From positions 1 to 61,545 of the IMG/VR virus record IMGVR_UViG_3300040806_001491: a stretch of 61,545 nt of DNA. One strand, written 5' to 3'. Made by a program: the position numbers and the translations under genes. Under the pieces are notes generated by a model, which was not told the origin of the DNA, did not search any database, and saw only the letters and a list, made by a program, of their open reading frames with translations. This document shows, piece after piece, positions 48,167 to 58,689 of this stretch (positions are counted from its first letter, which is position 1; the number at the start of each line of letters is the position of its first letter). This stretch comes from a virus (lineage: Duplodnaviria; Caudoviricetes).

Positions 48167-50790
48167 TATCCTAACCTCGGGTCATATGAATCAGGGTTTG
48201 GACTTTCAATCCAAGTCATATCCCATGTTCCATCTGCATTTTTCTTATTTTCAAGGTATCCTAAATCTTTAGGTCTACCTAAATCGTATCCTCTTGCTGT
48301 TCCTGCAATAGCCATACGCATGTTTCCTACAATGTCAGGTTTACCTAGGTCTCTATAACGTTCACCTAGATATGCTGCACACACAGCACATGAAGTTTCT
48401 ACGTCTGTCAACAACACTGTTGGGTCGTCAACAATAGTTACAGCAAAAGGATTGTATGCTTCTTTTGCTGGATCGTTTTGTGTAGGGTCGCTTTCGTCTT
48501 GTATAAGAGTTTCGTCAATTAAGCCTGCAAGTTTACCATAACGTTGGTGATTTGCTTTACCTGTTAACTGAATTAATCCTCTACCAATAAACTTAGCACC
48601 ATCACCTGGTGTTGTATTTCCTAGACCACGTCCTGTGCTGTTTCCTGGACCGTAAACTAATTCAAAGAATTGAGGATCATCTTGTTTAATCGTTGTAAGC
48701 TCTGCATCACTAACTTGTCTTGCTCCGCGGAAAATACTTCTAATTCTTTCATTACTAGTACCTCCGTATCCTCTTTCTGATTTTAATTGTAAGCCAGACT
48801 CTGTTTCAGCACATGCAATAGCAGCAAAAATTTCATCAGTGTTGAATCCTGCAATTTCTCTAAGTTTTTGTGCAAAGATTCTAGTAAGTGCTTTCTTTTC
48901 GATTTCAACAGCCGGTGGATCAGGTGGTATGCTTGCAGCACCTTGTGACGAGTATCCAGTACTACCTTCAACTCCGGCGCCGCCGCTATTGTAAAAGCTA
49001 GGTTGTGATCCACTTTGAGCAAATGTTCCGCCCGGTCCTCTATTAAATGTATCAGGCGTAGCTGGTGGGTAACTTTCTCCAGTTTGTCCGCCTGCTCTAG
49101 TTTTTTCTGGAGTGTACTCTGCTGGATTAATATGTTCGTGTTCAAACCAAGGCTCAATCTGAGGAACGCGAGTAGTAGCAAATGCTACTTCCGGCGGAGT
49201 AGGATCAAACACATTTGGAGCTGCTGGTATAATAGCATTTGCTGGTTCTGGTGGTGCAGCTGGCTCTGCTCCTTGAATGTCAACATTTGCATCTGACTTA
49301 ATTTGTGTATCGGAGGTTGACTTCATTCCAATAGTTGCTTCACTGTTAACTAATATACTTCCTACAGCCTTAACACCTATTGCATTACCCGATTGTATTT
49401 TTGTTGCTAACGAACTAATTTGACTTAGTTCTGCTTTTGTTTCTACTTTAATATTTCCAAGAGCTTTTAAATCGTATTCACCATCTGTTGTTAAACGTAT
49501 ATGACCGCAGCCTTCAATACCAACACTAGTTGTACTTCCTATAGCAAGATGATCAGCAGAAAGAATACTTGTCTGTCCTTGCGCTGCGGTTTCTAAGTCT
49601 CCGTTAGCATATGCTATAAAATTTTCTTGTGCATTTAGAGATACATTTGTTCCCGACGAAACAGCCCAATCTTTACCTGCTACAAAATTAGTTGTTAAAC
49701 TACTGTTTACTCTTACTGTTTCTGCAACTAGGTTAAAGTCTTTACTTGCTGTTAAATTAATATCTCTTGCTGCGGTAAAGTTTAAATCATTAGAACTGTG
49801 TACACTTACACTGTCTGCGGCATAGATATCAATTTTACCGTTACTAGTCATTTCTATCCAACTAGTTCCTCGACCGTTTGCAATATAAATTAAATCTTCT
49901 GAATTGTGTAATAATATTTGATGACCTGTTCTAGTTCTTAAACGCACACATTCATTATGAGGGATAGATCTATCACCTTCTTCACCGTTACGAACATTTG
50001 AATATTCCATTGGACTATCTTTTGGATGTCCTCTACGTATAAGTTTATCATCGCCGTCGTCGAAAACTAGACTACTTCCACCGAGTCTACTACTAGGAAT
50101 ATTTGCTGTACCTTCGTGCGGGCCTTGAGGAGTAGAAGGAGCGCCATTTCTTTTATCCAACGGTCCAGGAGTTGAAATTCCGTATACATTACTAGGTGCT
50201 TCTCTCCTTGAACTAGATGATGTTAAACCTCTAACTTCGTCGTCGATAAGACCTTGTGCTGCAAGTCTATTTGCAAAATCTTGATTTACAGGTTTAGGAT
50301 ATCTTGTAGGTTCTCTATCTGTAGGATTAGTAATAAACTTGTTGTATTCACCAACTGGAAGTTTTCTATTATTATCAGTAGTGTTAAACTTTGTAGTAAC
50401 TCTAGGCTCTGGAATCATGAAGTTCATAAATTCGTCTTGAACACAACCTATCCAAAATCCTCTAGCCATATTGCCTTCTGCAAAAATAACTAATACTCTT
50501 GAACCAACATCAGGAGGAACAAACCAAAATCCATAACTTTTTTGTGTAGTTTGGTATGAGTCATTCCTGTTATTACCGTTTAGTGGAGTAGTTCCATAAA
50601 ACGGATTCATATATCGAACTGTGATTATTTGTCCGCTACGCTGTGGCTGGTTTCCTGAGCCTGAAGACTTTAATAATTCAACTTGAAGTCCTCCCATAAA
50701 TTTTGGGTCAAGATGATTTACAACAACAGCTTCGTACGGTCCTGGATTATCTAAAGGACGTTCGACGCCAGTTCGTCTTTCAGTAGGCAT
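48166..50790 (-). CDS. gp5/VgrG-like baseplate spike with C-terminal GH19-type lytic domain
   Basis: OB-fold (VV..LDP...L.V, PPDVGSRVLV.F), RTRTGHQI.L, beta-helix repeats; C-terminal ES..E..YG..GN..GDG.KFIGRGLIQLTGKAN (GH19-like). Confidence 0.8.
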   Translation of the reverse strand: MPTERRTGVERPLDNPGPYEAVVVNHLDPKFMGGLQVELLKSSGSGNQPQRSGQIITVRYMNPFYGTTPLNGNNRNDSYQTTQKSYGFWFVPPDVGSRVLVIFAEGNMARGFWIGCVQDEFMNFMIPEPRVTTKFNTTDNNRKLPVGEYNKFITNPTDREPTRYPKPVNQDFANRLAAQGLIDDEVRGLTSSSSRREAPSNVYGISTPGPLDKRNGAPSTPQGPHEGTANIPSSRLGGSSLVFDDGDDKLIRRGHPKDSPMEYSNVRNGEEGDRSIPHNECVRLRTRTGHQILLHNSEDLIYIANGRGTSWIEMTSNGKIDIYAADSVSVHSSNDLNFTAARDINLTASKDFNLVAETVRVNSSLTTNFVAGKDWAVSSGTNVSLNAQENFIAYANGDLETAAQGQTSILSADHLAIGSTTSVGIEGCGHIRLTTDGEYDLKALGNIKVETKAELSQISSLATKIQSGNAIGVKAVGSILVNSEATIGMKSTSDTQIKSDANVDIQGAEPAAPPEPANAIIPAAPNVFDPTPPEVAFATTRVPQIEPWFEHEHINPAEYTPEKTRAGGQTGESYPPATPDTFNRGPGGTFAQSGSQPSFYNSGGAGVEGSTGYSSQGAASIPPDPPAVEIEKKALTRIFAQKLREIAGFNTDEIFAAIACAETESGLQLKSERGYGGTSNERIRSIFRGARQVSDAELTTIKQDDPQFFELVYGPGNSTGRGLGNTTPGDGAKFIGRGLIQLTGKANHQRYGKLAGLIDETLIQDESDPTQNDPAKEAYNPFAVTIVDDPTVLLTDVETSCAVCAAYLGERYRDLGKPDIVGNMRMAIAGTARGYDLGRPKDLGYLENKKNADGTWDMTWIESPNPDSYDPRLG

Positions 50791-53700
50791 TAAGTAACTC
50801 CTCCGGTTCGTGATATTGTGTTAACAGCACTATTAACTTGGTTTCTTAAATCTTCAGATGACAAACTTGATGTTGCTGCATTTAAAGCAGAAGTTGCTTG
50901 CCCTGCAAGATTTTGAATACTACTTGTATCTAGTCCTGCTGTAAGCCCTCCAGCAGCAGATCTGATGTCCTCTGCAGATATTGGTAAGCCAGTAATATCT
51001 AAACTTGTAATTTGAGATTGTAAATCTCCAAGATTTAATTGACTAAATTGTGATTGTAAATCTCCTAATTGTCCTGATAAATTTAGTTCAGAAAATTGAC
51101 TTGCAATATCACTAGGTATGTTTATTTGTTCACCGCCAAACGAAACATTTACATTTGGCATTATATCAGTGAATCCTACATTAAATGCATTTTGAAGTTT
51201 TTCTTCAACTGTTAAAGGAATATTAATAGCTTCTTGAACATTAGTAACAATACCACTTGCAAGTGTTGGATCATTATTAATATTATTAGCAGCATCGCCT
51301 TGTATAAACGGAGTATTTTCACCCGGGGTTCCTGACTCTCCTGTGTCTAGAGGTTGGTTTGGTACTCTAAATGCTTTTAAAGTTTGTGTAAATGTTCCTC
51401 CACTAAATTCGTTATCTACTTGTGTTAACCTATATAGACCACTAAATGCATTTACCGGAACACTGGAATTTGGAAACGATAGTAAACCATTGTCGCCGAT
51501 GTCTACAGGCGTTCTAAAATTAATAATAAAATGTACCTCGTTTCTTTGATAATCGAGAGAACCATCTGCGTTGATAGTAGGAACATTACCCGGACCACTA
51601 CTATAGTTTCCCATGCCGCTGTCGGCTATAAAATAAGGATCTCCCATTATTTTCATTTCGATGTTAATCATGTCAACACCTTCAACAAGGGCTTTTTGAA
51701 ATTGTCGAGCAACGGTTATTTCTGGAGTTTCTGTTCCTCTAGCGCCTCCGGCTCTATTTTCTTCGTTAGTATCTTCTACAACGGGAGCCGTTCCGCTTTG
51801 ACTTACAACTTGATTTCCTGGATTTTCTACTAGAGTTGTTTGCTGAGTAGGAGCAACACCATCATTTGCCTGTGTTCTAGTATCGCTAGAACTCATGCCA
51901 CCGTCAGCTCGTTTAGATTGAAAATATGCAAATTTAAAATCTATGCTAAAATCTAATATGTCTTTGTTTTTTCCTGTATAGATATAATTGTAAACTTTAC
52001 TTACATTTCTTGCTATTTCTTCAGTACCGACTGTAGCTGTGCTAGGTTGTTGAAAATGACTACTTTGTACTTCGTACATTAATACACGATACACATAAAT
52101 TTTTGGATTGTCGCCGGTTGCCGAAACAGAGTTAGTATTTTCTAATAAAAAGCATTGACTGTCAATTCTAAACCAAGGAATATTTCCTCGACCATTCTCT
52201 AATGTTGAAGCAGCAGCCTTTCCATACTCACTTACTAGCACAAGTTCTTCAATAATTTTTTCAATTTTAGTGCCTTTTTTCCATTTAAAAGTTCGCAAGT
52301 CTTCAGATACTTGCATTGCGCCGCCGTTTGTAAAAATCTTTTTAGTTTCGTCCCATTCAAACGCTGCAATGCCAAACGGGGTATCTCCGCCTTTAAATAC
52401 ACTAGATGCTATTTTGCATTTACCTATATCATTGACTGTTGATTCGTTTTGTACTGTTTGTCTAATATTGTCAGCTGTTTGAGAACTTGCTTCTAGTCCT
52501 AACAGTCTACTTCTATATGCATTAAAATTGCTCGGAACTGGAACATTAGGATTTCCTGAAATACTTGCAAAAACTTCTTCGTCTGTTAGTCCTTCAGTAC
52601 TTGCTAAACTGATAGTAGCTCTATTTGTGTTATCAGGCTGTCCGCCTTGAATACTAGATGCAGGGTCTTTTGGAAAAATTATAATGTATTCGTCTTGTTT
52701 ACTAGTTGTTTGTGTTTGTGTTGCTTCTAATATTCTTGTATTAAGTAATGTTGTTAAACTCTTACCTCCAGTTTGTAAAAGTTCTACTAAATCACCGCCT
52801 TGTATTTCAACATCTGTTTTTGTGCTTTGAACAGTATCTTGAAGTGTTTGTTCATTCCATGCAATAGCTCTAACATCATATGTACAACCTCCTTCGTTAA
52901 CATTAAATTCCATATTAACTAATGTGATCGGAATTACTCTTCTTAAATTTCCGTCTGTGCTAATTTTTCCATCATCGTCGTATCCTATCCATTCTATAAT
53001 TAAGTAATACGGTGCTTTATTAAAATTAGTGATTCCTTTTTTCTGTGCAGCAACAATACAACTCTGCAGGAAAAGTCCCATACTGTATGGTTCAGTTACT
53101 TGAAATGAAATATTTGTTGCGTTTGATGTTCGTGTTCTAGTAGTTGGAGCAATAATAGCACCAATCTCTATATTATCTATAAAAAATTCTAACCCTTCGC
53201 CGCCTTCTGGTGTTGCTCCTTTTGTTGGGCCACCGCCGCTATTAATAATAACTGTTTCAGGAGTTGATCTCCTATAAGTATTAATCGGGTCATTTACTTC
53301 ATCAGTGCTTAACATACCAAAAACAAATCTATAATTTACACTGGCATATTTTTCTAAGACATTATCTAATGCATTTGGTGTTGAATATCCAGAAGTATTA
53401 CTTCCGTTATAAGAAGATCCGTTGTTAGCTGATGTTGAACTTCCTGAGGATGGTGAAAAATCTAAAGAAAATTCTTGTTGTATAAAGTCATTAAATAAAT
53501 CTTCAATTTGATCTTCTAACAAATTTTTAAAACTAGCACCGTCAAACTTTGCAATAGCATCGGTTAGTAGGCCGCCGCCTTCGTTTAGAACATTAATAGC
53601 ATTTCCTAAATTAGACTGTGTTAGCCCCGAATTAATAAGACCTTCAATGTCACTAGCAGCACCTGCTATTCCGTTTTCTAGATCTTGAGCAAACGCGGTA

Positions 53701-53792
53701 GCTTCAGATCTCAAAGAATCAACTTGCGAATTAAGTTTGTTCTGGATCTGATTTCCTAGATTATTCAAAGACCTAGTTGGATTAATTGCCAT
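50790..53792 (-). CDS. Baseplate hub-like protein (gp27/gpD-like) with low-complexity ends
   Basis: Position upstream of the spike gene; ISFQVTEPYS, EMKIMGDPYF, FSGLYRL..V.N.F.GG.FTQ.L hub-type motifs. Confidence 0.6.
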   Translation of the reverse strand: MAINPTRSLNNLGNQIQNKLNSQVDSLRSEATAFAQDLENGIAGAASDIEGLINSGLTQSNLGNAINVLNEGGGLLTDAIAKFDGASFKNLLEDQIEDLFNDFIQQEFSLDFSPSSGSSTSANNGSSYNGSNTSGYSTPNALDNVLEKYASVNYRFVFGMLSTDEVNDPINTYRRSTPETVIINSGGGPTKGATPEGGEGLEFFIDNIEIGAIIAPTTRTRTSNATNISFQVTEPYSMGLFLQSCIVAAQKKGITNFNKAPYYLIIEWIGYDDDGKISTDGNLRRVIPITLVNMEFNVNEGGCTYDVRAIAWNEQTLQDTVQSTKTDVEIQGGDLVELLQTGGKSLTTLLNTRILEATQTQTTSKQDEYIIIFPKDPASSIQGGQPDNTNRATISLASTEGLTDEEVFASISGNPNVPVPSNFNAYRSRLLGLEASSQTADNIRQTVQNESTVNDIGKCKIASSVFKGGDTPFGIAAFEWDETKKIFTNGGAMQVSEDLRTFKWKKGTKIEKIIEELVLVSEYGKAAASTLENGRGNIPWFRIDSQCFLLENTNSVSATGDNPKIYVYRVLMYEVQSSHFQQPSTATVGTEEIARNVSKVYNYIYTGKNKDILDFSIDFKFAYFQSKRADGGMSSSDTRTQANDGVAPTQQTTLVENPGNQVVSQSGTAPVVEDTNEENRAGGARGTETPEITVARQFQKALVEGVDMINIEMKIMGDPYFIADSGMGNYSSGPGNVPTINADGSLDYQRNEVHFIINFRTPVDIGDNGLLSFPNSSVPVNAFSGLYRLTQVDNEFSGGTFTQTLKAFRVPNQPLDTGESGTPGENTPFIQGDAANNINNDPTLASGIVTNVQEAINIPLTVEEKLQNAFNVGFTDIMPNVNVSFGGEQINIPSDIASQFSELNLSGQLGDLQSQFSQLNLGDLQSQITSLDITGLPISAEDIRSAAGGLTAGLDTSSIQNLAGQATSALNAATSSLSSEDLRNQVNSAVNTISRTGGVT

Positions 53793-53793
53793 A

Positions 53794-54096
53794 TTATATT
53801 CCTAGTGTTCTTTTTAAGGCTGCTTCTTGTGGTATATAAATTTTAACTCCTGGTATTAAATCAAACACAGGATCTTTTAGTACATCCATATTTCTTTGTG
53901 CAAATACCCACCAAAGTTTTGGTGTGCCGTATACCGCTTGGGCTAGCAAGTCAGGTCTGTGAGTGTAAATTGGTTCTATTTCATATAACGGATCGTCATC
54001 ACTAGCTGGTATAGCTCGAATACGTAATATATCAAGATATTGATTTTGTTTTACTTTTGTACCATAATAGGGACTTGTTTTTTTATATGCCGACAT
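53794..54096 (-). CDS. gp53-like (LysM-like) baseplate protein
   Basis: HRPDLLA..VYGTP.LWWVFA..N...I.IP. Confidence 0.75.
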   Translation of the reverse strand: MSAYKKTSPYYGTKVKQNQYLDILRIRAIPASDDDPLYEIEPIYTHRPDLLAQAVYGTPKLWWVFAQRNMDVLKDPVFDLIPGVKIYIPQEAALKRTLGI

Positions 54097-54938
54097 TAGA
54101 TAAATCCTTCTCCGTCTAAGTCACCTTTGATAAAGGAATTTAAATTGAAGGAAGAAACTTTCTTTCTACTGTACATTGGTTGTACAGTAACAGCAAATTG
54201 ACTTTGTGCAGGTACCCAACCTGTTTTTGCAGAAGTTTGTGCAGATCTACTCTGTCCTGTTGCGGCTTGAAAAATTTCTTCTTCTGTTAATGTATCTCCT
54301 ACGTCAACATCCATAATATCACGAGAATCTGCAGATCCGTTTAAGCCTGTTTTTATGTAATCTACATCTGCTGGTAAATCAATATTAAACGTTGTGACTA
54401 CAACAGGAACATTATTAAAAACAAAATCGCCGTATCCATTGAGTTTTACTATTGGTGGTGGGGCGCCTAAATTTTGACCCGCACCGTAAAACATTTTAGT
54501 TACACTTCTTAAATAATGTAGTACAGCAATCCAATATTTGGCGTCAACCGCATTTTCAACAAAAAAATCTCCTACAATAGTAAAGTTTTCAGTACTACTA
54601 TTCTGGTAGTTGAAGAAAGGATAATTAGTATGTATAGGTTGTAATGCATTATAATTAGCACTATGGTTCATAATAATAGACGGAGTATAAGGAAATACTA
54701 ATCCATCTGTTTCTTTGAGTGGTGCAAGTATCGGACTATTATTAAAGGCATCAATGTCTGGCAAACTAAGTCTTACTCGCCAGTCACTGTCATTAAATGA
54801 AGCCGTAGACGGAGTTTTAACATTGCCAGAAAGAGCGTTTCTTAAACTAGGTGTACCAAATAAGTCACCAAGGGGTCCTAGTTGTCCTTTGATACTTCCT
54901 ACCGCTTTGTCTGCGAATCCTTTTAAAAAATTAGCCAT
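54096..54938 (-). CDS. Tail tube initiator/baseplate protein (gp48/gp54-like)
   Basis: GLVFPYTP.I, YLRSVTKMFYG, GAPPPIV.L.GYG.F.FNNVPVVV; first gene of the baseplate module. Confidence 0.65.
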   Translation of the reverse strand: MANFLKGFADKAVGSIKGQLGPLGDLFGTPSLRNALSGNVKTPSTASFNDSDWRVRLSLPDIDAFNNSPILAPLKETDGLVFPYTPSIIMNHSANYNALQPIHTNYPFFNYQNSSTENFTIVGDFFVENAVDAKYWIAVLHYLRSVTKMFYGAGQNLGAPPPIVKLNGYGDFVFNNVPVVVTTFNIDLPADVDYIKTGLNGSADSRDIMDVDVGDTLTEEEIFQAATGQSRSAQTSAKTGWVPAQSQFAVTVQPMYSRKKVSSFNLNSFIKGDLDGEGFI

Positions 54939-54957
54939 TATGCATTCTCCTGTAAAG

Positions 54958-54965
54958 TATTTATT
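54958..54965 (-). promoter_or_regulatory. Late promoter AATAAATA for the baseplate operon
   Basis: Upstream of the AGGAG RBS and the ATG at 54938. Confidence 0.65.
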
Positions 54966-54992
54966 GACTTTTTAAAGTACATAGTTTATAAT
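54964..54992 (+). promoter_or_regulatory. Sigma70 promoter for gp55
   Basis: TTGACT-N17-TATAAT, then a GGAG RBS. Confidence 0.8.
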
Positions 54993-55013
54993 AAGATATC
55001 AATTGGAGAAAAT

Positions 55014-55844
55014 ATGAGAAAAGTAAATTACCTTAACAATAAAGACATTTTAGCCGAAATACATAAGTCAAAGTCACGGTTTTGTAGCTTCATTGATCAG
55101 GACTATCACCAGTATGATATCATACTTACTGATGTTGAAAAAATCAACATCCGTACTATTGCAGAAGCAAAGCGTAACAAAGCAAAACGATTAGGTGATG
55201 CCGAGTATCAAAGAAGAAAGGCCAATGGTGAACGAGTAAAACAAGCAGAATGCGAAGTTGATTATAAAACTATCACTAAAGAAGAATTAATATTTCGCAT
55301 TATGACGTTTGATCATGTTCCTGAAGAGCCTGGTCGTAAGAAAAATCCTAAAACTGTAGCAGATACAAAAGTGAAACTAAACTTTCCTCCATTCCAACAT
55401 TATAAATTTGACGATGACGGCAATTTACAATGTGTAGGCAAAAGCCATTGGGTTGGCGGTATGGAAAACGGACACTTCAGTATGAAACATGCAAAGGCAA
55501 CAGACAAACTTGCTATGATGTGGATGAAACTATGTGAACGCTATGCAACTAGAGGAAATGTACGAGGATATACCTACAATGACGAAATGCGAGGACAAGC
55601 AATACTACAACTTGCACAAATTGGCTTACAATTTGACGAAAGCAAGTCAAATAATCCTTTTGCTTACTATACCGCTGCCGTTACTAATAGTTTTGTACGC
55701 ATTATTAACATAGAGAAACGAAATCAAAATATACGTGACGACATATTAGAAATGAACCATATGAATCCTAGTTATACAAGACAGTCTCAAGGAGAATGGG
55801 AAGCAGCCGTAAAACGTGAAAAAGAAAATCAAAATAATGGTTGA
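55014..55844 (+). CDS. gp55: T4 gp55-like late transcription sigma factor
   Basis: NYLNNKD.L, N.RGYTY.DEM, QFDESKS.NPFAYYT....NSF.R.I..EK; gene order gp55-gp47-gp46. Confidence 0.85.
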   Translation: MRKVNYLNNKDILAEIHKSKSRFCSFIDQDYHQYDIILTDVEKINIRTIAEAKRNKAKRLGDAEYQRRKANGERVKQAECEVDYKTITKEELIFRIMTFDHVPEEPGRKKNPKTVADTKVKLNFPPFQHYKFDDDGNLQCVGKSHWVGGMENGHFSMKHAKATDKLAMMWMKLCERYATRGNVRGYTYNDEMRGQAILQLAQIGLQFDESKSNNPFAYYTAAVTNSFVRIINIEKRNQNIRDDILEMNHMNPSYTRQSQGEWEAAVKREKENQNNG

Positions 55845-55869
55845 CAAAAGTGTACAAATATCGTATACT
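55841..55869 (+). promoter_or_regulatory. Sigma70 promoter for gp47-gp46
   Basis: TTGACA-N17-TATACT. Confidence 0.75.
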
Positions 55870-55898
55870 TTAACACAGTATGATAGAGGAATTTTATC

Positions 55899-56909
55899 TT
55901 GTTTAAGAAAGCTGCCGTTTTTACGGATATACATTTTGGACTAAAAAGTAATTCAAAGATACACAATCAAGATTGTGAAGAATTTGTTGACTGGTTTATA
56001 GCACAAGCTAAGGAAAACGGTTGTGAAACCGGTATTTTCTGTGGTGACTGGCATCACAACAGGAATAGTCTTAACCTTACAACCATGGACGCTACTATTC
56101 GTAGTTTAGAAAAACTAGGAAATAGTTTCGAACAGTTCTTTTACTTTCCTGGAAACCACGATTTGTACTACAAAGACAAGCGTGACATCCATTCTGTTGA
56201 GTTTGGCAAGTATGTGCCAGGCATAACAGTTGTAAACGAAATTTTAGAAAAAGAAGATGTTGCACTTATACCTTGGTTAGTAGGTGACGAATGGAAACAA
56301 ATAGAAAAAATTAAAGCCAAATATATGTTTGGACACTTTGAATTGCCAAGTTTTTATATGAATGCTATGGTTAAGATGCCTGATCATGGAGATTTGCGAC
56401 CACAACACTTTGTAAATCAAGATTATGTGTTTTCAGGACACTTCCATAAACGTCAAGTACAAGGTAAAATTCATTACATTGGTAATGCATTTCCGCACAA
56501 TTATGCAGATGCATGGGACGATGAACGTGGCATGATGATACTTGACAAAGAAAATAGTGAAGAACCAAGGTACATCAATTGGCCAGACTGTCCGAAATAT
56601 AGAACTGTAAAATTGTCTCAGTTATTAGATCCTAATTCGGATATCATTAAAAGTAAGATGTATTTGCGTGTTACTATTGACGTTCCGATTAGCTATGAGG
56701 AAGCACAGTTTATTAAGGAAACGTATATTAATCAATACGATTGTAGAGAAATTACACTTATTCCTCAAAAACAAGTAGAAGAAATTACAACAGACGTTGA
56801 CATTACACAATTTGAAAGTGTTGATCAAATTGTAACGAATGAGATTGTAGCTATCGAAAGTGAGAGCTACAAAACAAAAACACTACTAGACATATACAAT
56901 AATTTGTAG
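55899..56909 (+). CDS. gp47: Recombination endonuclease subunit (Mre11/SbcD-like)
   Basis: DIHFG, GDW.H, GNHD, GHFE, SGHFH metallophosphoesterase motifs; TTG start with GAGGA RBS. Confidence 0.9.
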   Translation: MFKKAAVFTDIHFGLKSNSKIHNQDCEEFVDWFIAQAKENGCETGIFCGDWHHNRNSLNLTTMDATIRSLEKLGNSFEQFFYFPGNHDLYYKDKRDIHSVEFGKYVPGITVVNEILEKEDVALIPWLVGDEWKQIEKIKAKYMFGHFELPSFYMNAMVKMPDHGDLRPQHFVNQDYVFSGHFHKRQVQGKIHYIGNAFPHNYADAWDDERGMMILDKENSEEPRYINWPDCPKYRTVKLSQLLDPNSDIIKSKMYLRVTIDVPISYEEAQFIKETYINQYDCREITLIPQKQVEEITTDVDITQFESVDQIVTNEIVAIESESYKTKTLLDIYNNL

Positions 56910-56916
56910 GATTCCA

Positions 56917-58689
56917 ATGATTAGAATAAAAGATTTGACAGTTAAAAATTTTATGAGTGTTGGCAATCAAACTCAAGCGGTTGATTTTAACAAAGACAAC
57001 CTTACCTTAGTGTTAGGAGAAAATCTAGACCAAGGAGGCGATGACAGCGGCTCGCGTAATGGTACAGGTAAAACAACTATTATTAATGCATTAAGTTATG
57101 CATTATACGGTCAAGCACTAACAAATATTAAACGTAACAACCTTATCAATAAAACAAACGGTAAAGGTATGTTAGTTACACTTCATTTCGAAAAAAATAA
57201 TACTGATTACCGAATTGAAAGAGGACGGTCGCCTAATGTACTAAAGTTTTTTATTAACGACCAAGAGCAAGAACTTATTGACGAGTCGCAAGGCGATAGT
57301 CGTAAAACACAAGAAGACATTAACGACTTGTTAGGTATGAGTCACGACATGTTTAAGCACGTTGTAGCACTCAACACCTATACAGAACCGTTTTTATCAA
57401 TGCGAGCAAACGACCAACGTGCTATCATTGAACAGTTATTAGGTATAACAATACTAAGTGAAAAGGCAGAAGCACTAAAAGAACAAGTTAGACAAACTAA
57501 AGATCTAATTACTGAAGAAACTCTCAAAATTAATGCAATACAAAGTGCCAATGAAAAAATTGATGTTACAATTAGTAGTTTAAAGAGCAAGCAAAAAGCC
57601 TGGCTTGGTAAACAGTCTACAGATATTATAAAATTAAAAGAATCTATCGACGAATTAGAACGTGTAAACATTGAAAAAGAGCTCGAAGCACACGAACAAT
57701 TAGCAAATTGGACTGAGATGAATAATGCTGTTACGGCTCTTAATAAAGAAAAAAGCACACTAGAGAGTGCATTACTACGTGCTACTAAATCTGTAGAAAA
57801 AGCAGAAAAAGACATCGCAAATCTCGAAGATGCTACTTGTTATACTTGTGGTCAAGCACTACACGACGAGAAAAAGCAAGAAATTGAAGAACGAAAGAGC
57901 AAAGAATTAAATGATGCGATTGCATATCAAACTGAAGTTGCTGATAAACTAACTGAAGTTATCGAAGGCTTAACAGAAATTGGTAACATTAATGGTCGTC
58001 CTAATACGTTTTATGAAACAGCCAAAGAAGCATATGAACATAGACAAAACGTTGATAGTTTAAGACAGGCTTGGCAGAATAAAAAAGACGAGGTTGATCC
58101 TTATAAAGAACAAATTGAAGACCTTGAACAAACAGCAATTCAAGATATTGATTGGACTATTGTAAATGATCTTAATAGTTTTAAAGACCATCAAGATTTT
58201 CTGTTAAAACTTCTTACAAACAAAGACAGTTTTATTCGTAAGAAAATTATTGATCAGAATTTAATGTATCTAAACAATAGATTAACTTCTTACTTAGATA
58301 AATTAGGATTGCCGCATCAAGTAGTATTCCAAAATGATCTAAATGTAGAAATTACACAACTTGGACAAGACTTAGATTTTGATAACTTGTCAAGAGGTGA
58401 GCGTAATAGATTAATTCTTGGTATGAGTTTTGCATTCCGTGACGTTTGGGAGAGCTTGTATCAAAAAATTAATCTGTTGTTTATCGATGAACTTATTGAT
58501 AGCGGTATGGATGCAAACGGAGTTGAAAATAGTTTAGGCATTCTTAAAAAGATGGGTCGTGAAGGCGAAAAGAATGTATACCTAATTTCACACAAAGACG
58601 AATTAGTCGGTCGTGTTAACAATGTAATGAAAGTTGTAAAAGAAAACGGATTTACAAGTTACGAAAACGACATTGAGATATTTGAATGA
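56917..58689 (+). CDS. gp46: Recombination ATPase subunit (Rad50/SbcC-like)
   Basis: KNFMSVG, Walker A NGTGKTT, coiled coil with Zn hook CYTC, LSRGE signature, LFIDE, ISH. Confidence 0.92.
   Translation: MIRIKDLTVKNFMSVGNQTQAVDFNKDNLTLVLGENLDQGGDDSGSRNGTGKTTIINALSYALYGQALTNIKRNNLINKTNGKGMLVTLHFEKNNTDYRIERGRSPNVLKFFINDQEQELIDESQGDSRKTQEDINDLLGMSHDMFKHVVALNTYTEPFLSMRANDQRAIIEQLLGITILSEKAEALKEQVRQTKDLITEETLKINAIQSANEKIDVTISSLKSKQKAWLGKQSTDIIKLKESIDELERVNIEKELEAHEQLANWTEMNNAVTALNKEKSTLESALLRATKSVEKAEKDIANLEDATCYTCGQALHDEKKQEIEERKSKELNDAIAYQTEVADKLTEVIEGLTEIGNINGRPNTFYETAKEAYEHRQNVDSLRQAWQNKKDEVDPYKEQIEDLEQTAIQDIDWTIVNDLNSFKDHQDFLLKLLTNKDSFIRKKIIDQNLMYLNNRLTSYLDKLGLPHQVVFQNDLNVEITQLGQDLDFDNLSRGERNRLILGMSFAFRDVWESLYQKINLLFIDELIDSGMDANGVENSLGILKKMGREGEKNVYLISHKDELVGRVNNVMKVVKENGFTSYENDIEIFE

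Noticed and set aside
19659-54975. Many 60-165-aa plus-strand ORFs antisense to structural genes
   Set aside because: Shadow ORFs expected from the codon bias of long minus-strand genes; no RBS, promoter or protein motifs noticed.
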